Assembly (NCBI GenBank): GCA_012295275.1
Contig: CM022665.1
Location: 44,454,001-44,518,000 of the forward strand
Source: Chrysomallon squamiferum
Taxonomy: Eukaryota; Animalia; Mollusca
Direction of reading: 5' to 3'
DNA length: 64,000 nt
How positions within the stretch are numbered: the first letter of the stretch is position 1; each line of letters begins with the position of its first letter. The position numbers and the translations under genes were made by a program. Positions 35,003 to 46,881 of the stretch are shown piece after piece. The notes below the pieces were generated by a model. The model had not been told where the DNA came from. It made no database searches and worked only from the letters and a program-made list of their open reading frames with translations.

Positions 35003-38000
35003 GTAAGATTTTTAAAATGTTATAAATATTTGTGTTCTTTAATCTCTCTGGCTTTCTTACACTACTTCATTCATTTACTCCAACATATAATTGATAGAAA
35101 CAAAGTCAAATAAATGTATCTTATCATTAGAATTTTCTAAAGGAAACTTAATTAGCATCTCAAATTATTTAAGGGATGTGGATAACCGTTTGTTAGTAAT
35201 TGTTTTATGATTTAATATTCTGAAAACTTATATTTGGCAGAAATGCTTGAAGATGAGCAGCTGTTATCAAAAACTCCTGCTTGCGATGTCAGAGAAAAAT
35301 GTTTGGAACCTTTACAGTTAGCTCTGGAATCCAGAGCTAAAAAGCTGTCAGTTCATGTCATTGCAGGTTTGCAGGTAACGAAAAAGAAACATTTTTGTTT
35401 CTTCTGTTAATTAGTTGTAATTAAATTAGGTAATAAAAAGTAGAAGCAGTAGTAACAAATAACTTTAAGATAAATATATTCTGAGCCATATATGTCAGTT
35501 CATGTCATTGCAGGTTTGCAGGTAACGAAAAAGAAACATTTTTGTTTCTTCTGTTAATTAGTTGTAATTAAATTAGGTAATAAAAAGTAGAAGCAGTAGT
35601 AACAAATAACTTTAAGATAAATATATTCTGAGCCATATATGTATATTCAGTAAATATTTCTTAAAAAAGAAGGAATCGAAATATTTACATAACACATTAA
35701 ATCAGATTTTTAAAAAATATTAAATATATTTATTGTCAGTATTTCTAGTAAAGCAATTATTAGTACTGCGTATGTGCCATAACAAACATTTTTACAAATA
35801 GCTCTTAAATAACTATAAATTATTAATTTTCTGTTATTCTTAGGAAATTCTCAAGGATGAAAGATTTCAGTCTAACATTGAGACTGACGATGAAGAAAAA
35901 TGGCTTCCAGTGCAAGTCTTGAATGCAGTCTACTTCACACCAAATCTACCTGAAGAATCTCAGGTAGAAATAATGAAGGTGTGTACTGTGAATAATTCTT
36001 CTTGAGGCATCAGTTAATTCACTGGAACTGTGTAAAACTATCTTCAGTTAAATTATGAAAATGTTTGTGTTATTGATTCAGAAATACAAAATGCTATTAA
36101 GCATATCTTGAATTAAATTATTTACATTACTTTAATTGGTCTAATTAAAATAAATGTTCCGTTCGTTAATTTAATGTTTTATTTTTTGTAAAAAAAACAC
36201 GACACCTCCAAAAACTCCCCTTCACCCTTTCACACATTTATTATTTAATTTTTTTTTATGTATACAATTGTTAGTACTATTTTAACAAGTTTTCTTAATT
36301 CTGACAAATATTTTCTTGTAGTTGCTGCTGAGTATGACATTTTCTATCAGCTGGTGTATGAATGCCAAGGTGATAACAAAAGTGGCTCAGGTAAAACACA
36401 TGATGATTGTTACTTTAACACTAAAGGAAAGTGCAGAATCAAAAATTATACCACATGACTATGTGAGATTGTTAGCTTTTTAATAACGATTAATTAGTAC
36501 AATTTGGAGAAAAAAATTAATAATACAAAAAAAAAAATTAATATGTACTGATGGATAATATTGTGTACTTTTCTGACAGAAAAATCTTACTAGAAATTTT
36601 TCATTTAATTTTTTAATTTTTTAATTTTCTAAATGCTTTTGAGATTGGGCATTAGCATAATTTTGCCCTTATGCATTCTGAGATAAACTTGAAAAATGCA
36701 CTGATTAAGTTGCTAACAGGGTTGGGTTTTTTTTAATGATGATGAAAGCATGCCATAAAAATGTGTATATTAATATTTTTGGCTGTCAGATTAACAGAAG
36801 CAAAGCTCGAGGCTTCAGAAGACACTGACTGATGAAGCCAGCAAATGAACATAAAAGTCTTGTCATCGTCCTTTATCTAGTGTTAATTTTAATTTACACC
36901 ATTTATTGTTTTAATCGTTCTGTTTATGAACTGCACACAATAAGAATGCTTTCTGATCAGCTGTTGCTGATGTAGCACATTACTGCATCTGTCACCATTT
37001 TCTTAAGTGCTGAAGCCATGGCGACATTAAATAATGGCTATTGACTTACAAAAGACATTAACACCTAGCTTACACAAACGCATCTAAAATGTAACTTGAT
37101 GTAACAACTGTTTTCTGTATGGTTATTTACTGGTTGATTTCCCGAGAGATTTTTTAAAGCATTTTTTCATCAGTAGATAATGAATAAGTATTTTATAATA
37201 CAAAATTTGAAAATGTTAAAATTAAGCAATCAATTGTGTATATTGCATTCAGTTTTCATTCAAGAGATTTAAGACATTTTTAAGTTAATATATAGAGTGT
37301 TTATTTTATTTGTTGACTCAATAATTACTGATTAGCTTCAGATCAAGATTTTAAAATTATTATTTTTATTACTTTAAATTTATTTTGGTATGTTTACCAT
37401 GTTGTCCAGTGTTTGTGTTAATGATATATATTAATCTTCATGGTATTGACTAACTGTTAGACATCTGATTAGAAAACTATTAAATATGATTTTAAAAATA
37501 AATAAATTAAATAAATAAATAAATAAAATTAAATCAACAAGACCTAATTCACAAATACAAAATAAAAACAAACAGGCTTCTGGACCACATGCATCCATGG
37601 TGGGGTTTTTAAAAAATATAATCATCACAAACACAAAGTATCATGATTGCTATCTCTCATTAAATTCATTTTGCCTGTTTTTCTGTAAAGAAAACATGAA
37701 TTTAATTTGCAGCTATTTCTTGACTGTTATGGTGCCTCAAGTCGTACTGAGGCAGGAAAAATTGCAGCTGCCAGTTTCAGAGAAATGCTTGGCAGATTCT
37801 GTAGTCATAGAAACCAGGTAAAAGTAGCCAGGTGATGGTTTCACTGAACCGAAACAACCACAAAACCCAGGGTGTTGGTGATGGTGCCTTAACAAACACT
37901 AATAGTAATTAGAAATGAAATAATTTGTAGTTTGGACAAGCATATTTTAGGGCAGAATTTTAAGAAAGTTATTATTTGGTTTTATGAAAAACAAATATAT

Positions 38001-38015
38001 AATGCTTTATCAATA

Positions 38016-38051
<36 letters not shown>

Positions 38052-38290
38052 GTTTTGAGAAGAATTGGCTAAAATGATCAAAACTATATTCAAGAACATT
38101 TTATTACTTTTTTTGAAAGTTTTAAACAGATTTTAAAATTTGTTTTAAAATAAGAAAGACATTTTTTTTTTTTTTGCCCTGAAGTATGCCATTTACTTAT
38201 TTCCTTTTTTTTTTTGCAGCATGCAAGAAATTACCCATCTCCAAAATCTTTTAATTTAACAAGGTTCTGGTGCACAGGTTCCCCTCCCCT

Positions 38291-38328
<38 letters not shown>

Positions 38329-39960
38329 GTAACCCCTCTGCTTAATTTCATCTGTCAGGTGTATATAGAAACCTACTCAGTGAGTTCACCTAGTGTGAGG
38401 AGTGCAGTGCAGGCAGCCATGACCCAAGTGATAAGTAGTTTCACTGAAAAGTTACGAGATGCTGAGAAGCAGGTGGTAAGAACACAGTGGAAATAACGTT
38501 TTAAAATTTCTTTTATTTAAATTTAATTTAATTGTAATTTTTTTTTTAAAAATTAAATTTCTTTTTTTGGTTGTTGTTTTTTAAATTTTTTATTTTACGT
38601 TATTTTTGTTCTTTTTCTTTTCTTTTTCTTTTTTCTTTTACGTTATTTTTGTTACTGTCTTTTATTTTCTTGTCTTGTTTTCTCTTGTCTGTTATATATA
38701 TATTTTTTTTTTTTTAAAATTTATTTTATTTTAAAATTATTAATATTTTAAAAGTTTATTTTATTTTATTTTTTATTTCTGTTGTAACTATTTTTTTAAT
38801 ATTTGCAGTCTGTTTATAATTTAATCTGCATTTTAATTTAATTTAGTTTTATAAGTAGTAACATTTAAAAACATTTTTTTATTATTGTATTTTACTTTTT
38901 GAAAATTTTATTAAATTAATTAATATAATTCTTTTTTTTAAATTATTATTTCAAAGAATTAATTTTTTTTAATTGGCTTTATTATTTTTAATTTTAATTT
39001 TTTGATGATTTTATTTTAGCTTGCATCTGACAACTTGTTTTTTAATCAGACAAAGCTTGTTTTATAATCAATATTTTATTATGAATTATACAAAATGAAT
39101 GTTTAACATCACAATTACTTAAATAAACACCCAGTAATATATATATATTTTTAAAATTACTCTTTATATCTTTATGTTAGATGTTTTGAAGGTATGGTTT
39201 CTTTAACACATTATATGTCGATGGGACAAAAAAGTAAATTTTAGAAAATAAACTTTAAATATGCAAAAATGTATTGTGTTTATGTTATTCAAACTGAAAT
39301 GACCAATAGATCATTAAGTATGGATTATTTTTTATAGTAAATTAAATAGCAATTCATAATTGACAAATTTTTATTTATCTTTAATGTATAATATAATCAG
39401 TTTTAGGTAATAATTGTCATGTCAAGTTTTTACCTCACTGTTTAAATTAATCATTTCTTTATTTCTTATACTTTTGTATTAATTATTTAATGCTTTTTAA
39501 CACTGTGCTGCTTATATCACTTTGACATTAAGCTTCACATTTCAAAAGCACAATAATATTTGTTTTGTAACATAATTCTTGGATAATTGTTAAAACCATT
39601 ATATGCATGTTTAACTTCAAACCTACACTAAAATCAATGAAATTAATTTTTATAAAGATATCCGTATCACTTACATCAGTAAAATCTTTTGATTAGTAAA
39701 ATAAATAAATAAATAAAATAAAAAACTTATAATTTACAGTTTTATTTTTAAAAAAATGTATGCAATACTTTACGACAATAAAAATAATAAAAAACAAACA
39801 AAAAAAACAAACAAAAAACGACTTAATGATTATCTAGCTAACAACCACCAGAAATGCTTAACAAACAAATTTTACAGCTACATTTTGTTTTCTTATCAGT
39901 AACTAGATAACATATATTGGAACCACAGTTCACTGAATATAAAAATTCTGTTGTACTTGA

Positions 39961-39993
<33 letters not shown>

Positions 39994-40226
39994 TTTTCTA
40001 ATTACTATATTTTTGTTTAGCTGGCATGTAACATTTGGTAATTGTTAGTCATGGGACTTGTTCGTTCTAAACGCTACCAGCTGTGTACAGTTGTGTTTAT
40101 TGATTGGTGGGACTGATCAGCCTTTGTAAAGTTAAAGTATTGCTAACTCTGTCAGACATGAGGTTACAAGAGTTACATTGATTGTGCAGTAGTCTGTTAA
40201 AACAAGGTTGTTAGAAAGAAGAACAA

Positions 40227-40293
<67 letters not shown>

Positions 40294-42126
40294 ATTAATT
40301 CATTAATTAATTTTAAAAAATGATGTTATATGGCTTATGTGTATTATATGTATATGGTTATATAATATTTTATTAGTAAAATATATATATATATATATAT
40401 AAACATATATATATGTACACACACACTCACACACTCATATACATACATACATATGTATATACATACACAACAGATACATACATACATATGGTGTTCTCTT
40501 TTGAGATCAATAAATATATAAATCAATAAATTAATAAGTAATAAGTAAATAAAAGTAATAAATCAATAAGTAATAAGTAAATAAAAGTAATAAATTAATA
40601 AGTAAGTAAATAAATAAATACATAAACAGACAAGGCAGAATGATGAAGCTCAATAAGTTTTAAAAATCCACTACATTGATAGCAAAGAAATTTTTATTAC
40701 TCAGAAAGCTGGCTTCTCTGATGAACTGTAAATTATGTGGATTGGAATTTTATCTTTGTTGATTATTGAATAAAGTATTTTGTTCACAGTTAAATTAATT
40801 ATTTTTTCAGCTGAATTGATTAAACAGAATGTTAGTATGTTATTATTGACTGTCTTCAAATCTGCACAAAATGGTTGCACTATATTCAACGCCTAAGGGT
40901 TTTATCTTCATAATCATTTTGTATTGATTTATTTTAAATAAGTATAAAAGTTATATTTAGCTCGTGAATTCTCTACTGCAGTATTGAACACAATTTAAAA
41001 ACTAAAATAATAAGTTACGTGTTTTTACCACACCTGATTGAGTACATGACTGTTTAAACATTAATTATTATAATAACTGTTTTTTAATTGCATAATTGAA
41101 AATAATACAGTGCGAGGTTAACTTAAAGAAATTAGAAATATGCTGTCTGTTTGAGATAATGGTTTTCTGTATTGTTTCAATTCAAACAACAAGACAGCAC
41201 ACAGGATTACAAAACTAGTTGTTCTTACTAGGGTAGTAGGGTTTAAAGAGTTAAATCATCCCCCTTAATACAAAATATCTATCTATATGTATATATTTAT
41301 TTATTTATTGTTGCGTATATGTGTTTACAAAGTGGTAGATTTAAATCAACCTAATTACGTTTAAGACTGTCTTCAAAAGCAGGGTGAAAAATAAATGTAA
41401 ATATAATTTTTAAAACAAAGATAAATACTCTGTTAAAAACATAAATTTACATGTTTCTGTGAAGATTTCAGTCTGGTGTTATTTACATTAATGTCTAAGA
41501 TCATAAATGTACTTATTTTCATGTGTTGCAGGTTAAAGATGGGGATGACATTCTTGCTGATTTTAAAGCCAAAGGTAAATAATTTATTTTTAAAATGCAC
41601 ACATATCATCATCATTTAAATTTTCTAAATCTCGAATTCTTAAAATATTTAACTCAAACCATTGAGATGGACAACATGTAAATACACATAGTATTAACCG
41701 ACTGTTAATTTTTTTTTATATTTTTTTTTTTTTAAAATAATTTTCTGTTTAAAAGAGTTTAAAATGTGTCAATGTTTTCAGAAAGTGGAACAACAACGTT
41801 TGAGAGCCTGATGGAAGATGTGGTGATGATAATAAAATTTCTGGTGGACAAACTTGGAGTCACTCAAAGGTAACACATGTATTTGTTATTTATTAAGTCT
41901 TATGCTAATGTTATTAAAATAGGCTGTATAGTTTTAGCTAGAGACACGAAGAATCAGGTTGAAATACGCTGTGATGCAAGAAAGAGGTTGGTTAATATTA
42001 TTATCAAATGAAAAACACTGTTGATGAATTCCTGTTTTGCTAAATGTTTGTCACTTGTTATAATCATTATGAGTTTCTGTGGAATTTATATTGTGTTTAT
42101 GGGTGTATGGAAGGATGGATGTAAAC

Positions 42127-42164
<38 letters not shown>

Positions 42165-43027
42165 GGGGAATGTGTGTGTATATGCACATATATATTACAA
42201 AGTATATCTGAATGTATGTGTGAATGTATATATGTTTGTATATATGAATGTATATATCGTATTAATACTTAATGTTTGTTCATCATACTTTCTCATGAAT
42301 GTTAATTTGAAATTTCATTCTATGTAAGTATAAAGAACAGTCTGTTACTGCATTCTATAAGAAATGTTGGAACTCTGTTTTCACATTGGTTCATCTGATA
42401 TTGCAGTGCTCCTCAACTGAAGGTTGTTCAGCCTCTGCTTCTGGAAGGAATATATGCTGTTGTTTCTCATGTTCCACAAGAAATCAGACATCATGAAGGA
42501 TTCAAAGAGCTGATATGGTTAGTTACTCTGTACATTTTAGAAAAAAGATAAAATTAGCTTATAGTGCAGAATTTTCAAGACCCTCATATTATTAATATAT
42601 TCAGGGATGTGGCTATAAAAAAAATTCATCAATGAATGAACTGTTATGTGTTTTTCTTTGTTGAATTTTATGTTGCTTAGCAAGTTTATTCTTTCTTGTT
42701 TTTTATTTTTTTTTTTTCTGAGATGGCAAAACAGCACAACACACAATAACACAGTTTCCGTTGCTTGAACAGATACTTTATGAAGCTTATAAAATAAATC
42801 TTAAATAAAATAAACACTGAGAATCCAAAAAATATCACTATTCCGATCTTAGCATCCAATTCTGTACAGATTATCAAAACGTTCTTACCACTCTTACTAA
42901 AATTCAATTTGGTTTTAAGAAAAATTCCATGCTGTTTTTTTTGTTTTGTAGTTTGAATTATTTTTAATAACTGCAGGAAATCCACTCTTACTGTAATCCA
43001 ATTTGGTATTAAAACAAATTCCATGCT

Positions 43028-43061
<34 letters not shown>

Positions 43062-43365
43062 AAATTTGTTTTATTTTTAAAATATCTGTAGGAAATCTCT
43101 GTGTCCATCACTGATCTCATTGCTGGGCAGTCCAAAGATGGAGAAGAGTTCCTGGCATCAGAGATCTTCGTCAGATGAGGTGGGGAGGGGATCTGGGTGT
43201 TCCTCCTCCGCCCCCAGCATCCACACCTCAACAGCTAAAATTGTCTACAGGTTAGTCTACATGCTGTGTCATGTCTAGAGATGATTTTGTATACAGTGTG
43301 TTATGTGTGTTTCTTTCTATTTTGATATTGCATCCATTGTAATTTAGGATTGGGAACAGTCTAGA

Positions 43366-43401
<36 letters not shown>

Positions 43402-43404
43402 CAT

Positions 43405-43440
<36 letters not shown>

Positions 43441-44887
43441 ACACACACACACACATGCCCAGTTCCTGAGATATGAGGGTTCTAAGGTTGGTGGTCACAC
43501 CCATTTTTGGCAAAAATCTCAAAATTCACACACACACATATAACCTGCTTATATATACATATATCGGGTTTAAATTTCTTTTTTTATCTTTTTTAAATTT
43601 AAAATTTAATTTTTTTAATTTTATCTTTTTCTTTTTTCTGTTTCTAGTATTGCATCTGAGCTGGTGAGACTATTATATATATATTATATATACAATTTTT
43701 TTAAATTAAAAAAATGTTTTTTTTTTTTTTTTTTTCCTTCATTTTCTTTCTAGCATTGCATCTGAGCTGGTGAGACTTGTGGGAAGTCTTGGTTCACTGC
43801 GTCCTGTGATTGAATCTCTCTTCCATCGAATGTTACTTTATCCTCCACCCCAGCACAGAGTCGACGCCCTAAAGATTATCCGCGAGGTTGGAAGACATTT
43901 GTAATATCAGATATATATAGCATATTTGTGTTGTATGTCTTGTTAAATAAGATAGAGGCAAAAACCAAAAGAAAACCCAAAATAGTATCCAGAGAAAAAT
44001 AAAAGTATGCTGATTACCTTTAATAAATATACAAAAATTAATAATTAATGATAAGGTGATTTTATTTTACGGTTGGGTGCATTTAATATAAATTGCTAAA
44101 ATGTTGTCAGCTGACACATCCAAGAGATTTTTATCATTTTTTTTATTTAATAATATTATAAGTATTTAATTAATATGCAGTTAGTTGTATTAATATTTTT
44201 GTTTATAAATTCAGTAATTTTTGTACCTGGTGATTCTGAATATGGAACAGGTTTATTTAATAACATTTTTTTTTTTTTTTTTTTTTTTTTAAACTTGTGT
44301 GGATGATCTGTGCTATTTTTTACAGTTTAAGTTTTTTTCTGTTGTTTAGTTGCTTGGATCACCAGAAAGAGTTCTCAGCTTGTCAGGACCTTTTCTTCCT
44401 GAAGATGAACACAAAACAAAGAAGGTCTCTTTGACAGACATTTCACTATTAAAACTGTGAGTAATGTTTTCTTTTAAAGACAGTTTAATATGTATGTCAG
44501 TAATTCATGATAAGAAATTTGACAGACATTTCACTGTTAAAACTGTATGCAACGTTTTCTTTTAAAGACAGTTTAATATACAGGTCTGTAATTTATGATA
44601 AGAGATTTGACAGACATTTCACTGTTAATGTTTTCTTTTAAAGACAGTTTAATATGTAAGTCGGTAATTCATGACAAGAGATCAGTTAATTTTAAACTGA
44701 GTTTCGGGTTTGCATTTTGTAGCATTTCAGTTAAAAAATGGTAAAGGTGAAAACTGATTATTTTTTTTATTTTTTACCCATGACAAAATAAGTAAAATTT
44801 AAAAAATATTTTAATTTAAAATATTTTATAAATGGTTCTGTAAATATATGAAGATTAGTAATATTAAAAACAGTAATAATAATGATG

Positions 44888-44918
<31 letters not shown>

Positions 44919-45114
44919 CTACTAATAATTATAATAATAATAACATTAATAATAACAATAATAAGATCAACAATAATAATAATAACAGCAATCATAATGA
45001 TAACAATAACAATAATTATAAGATATTTTTCTTTAACCATGTTAATAAACACACAAAATAAACTAGTTAATAACAACTAATTTAGGATTTTTGTACAATA
45101 ATAATAATAATAGC

Positions 45115-45163
<49 letters not shown>

Positions 45164-45766
45164 TTTATTTTATTTCCAGTATAATTGACTCTCTGCAGGA
45201 ATGTTGCCACTGCAATGATTCAACTGTGTGTTTCACCAGCATTCAGTGTGTCGACAGTCTTCTGTCGTCATTGGAAACCATCAGCCACGGAGACCTTCTG
45301 TCACCAACTGTCATAGACACTCTCCTGCAGTTTTCTCCATTAGATGACAGCAGTAAATATTTTTATTTAAAAAATGACAACATTAACTTTTTTTTTAAGA
45401 TGGACGAAATGTTTATATAATTTAATTAGAAATTTAATTGTTATGGATATGAATTCAGGATAGTGATCAAAATGTTTGAATATATTTTTGCCTTTTTGAT
45501 GGATATATTCAGGGTTATTTATATATTTTTAAAATTATTATTATTTCTTTTTTTTTAAATTATTTGGCTCATTTAGATTCTCCTAACCAGTGATAAAATA
45601 GATATAAATGGAGAATTTAAAAAAAAAAAGCCACATGTTAGAGATATTTATTTAACTGTTTTATTTCATTTATTCATTTTAATTTTATATGTTCCATATA
45701 TTAATATATATATATACCATAGATCTGGGCCTTATTTTTTAATAGTTATATTTAACACAGCATTTA

Positions 45767-45797
<31 letters not shown>

Positions 45798-46837
45798 TCT
45801 TTTTTTCCCCTATATATTTATGTATTTGATTATTATTATTATTATTATTATTTTTACTATATATGTTTATTATATATACATAATAGATATGTCTGTATAT
45901 TTAAAAAAAAAAAATAATAATATTAATAATCAAATACATAAATATATGGCGGAAAACTGTATTTATATATATATTTAACTTAAATGTCACTGCTTTCACA
46001 TCTAGAAAACGAATCCAAAAATGCCGACGAAAACAACACTCACGAAGACGTCTCGAAAGACACCAGCTTCGAAGACGGAGGCTCCTCCTCGCTGACAAAC
46101 GATGCCGAAAAACGAGTCGAAGACATAATGGAACTACACGTCATCAAGCAAGACAGCATGGAGGTTGACCCAGAACCTGAATATGACGAGCAGGAAGAAA
46201 CCACCATCAACAGCAGTCGCGCCACTCGGATCACAAAAATCTGCCTGGCAGATGTAGGAAGCCAGTCGAGCAGCGAGTACGGCGATGTCATCAACGTTCA
46301 GGAGACAATACAGTCGCAGCTGGCCGAGCAGCAGACGGAGGAGCTCCTGAGGAGAAGGAGCCTGCTGAGGGACAAGTTCGAGGCCATCGAGAGGGAGAAT
46401 GCTCGTAGTTTTGTGGAGGAGCTGCAGAAGATTTTGCCGGACCTGCTGAGGTCGTTTAGTGTACGAGATGTAAATGATACCCTGGAACAGTTCGCCTCCA
46501 ACTTCTGTTCAGGTTTGTTTAATGTCTGGTTTGCCAGAGTTGTAGTCTGTGTTGTAATGATAATATCTTCTGCACTGGAGATTGTAATCGATACTGGATT
46601 TATGATGAAAATAGTTATGGGGAGGTTTAAGTAGTTGCATAGCAATCAGTGTTTTTAGTTGCTGTGGGTGGTGAGTGATGATTTGCAAATGTTCTTTGAA
46701 ATTAACACAAATATCTCAAAAAATACATTTCTCTTTTAGAAACTAATTTATTTAGAAATAATGATAGGAGTTATTATTTTTGTTATTATATTATTATTAC
46801 TATTATTATTATTATTATCATCATCATCATCATCATC

Positions 46838-46881
<44 letters not shown>

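Noticed and set aside
36735-36850. ATGATGA...CTGA pair suggesting an intronic C/D snoRNA, or a CTGATGA hammerhead core
   Set aside because: No terminal stem or recognisable guide sequence, and no GAAA core with flanking helices. Other CTGATGA hits (3151, 11440, 11952, 30611, 40718) also fail.
40021-40840. Possible additional exons in the 3-kb intron 5 (acceptor-like sites at 40020 and 40810)
   Set aside because: In-frame stops within a few codons and no phase-compatible donor.
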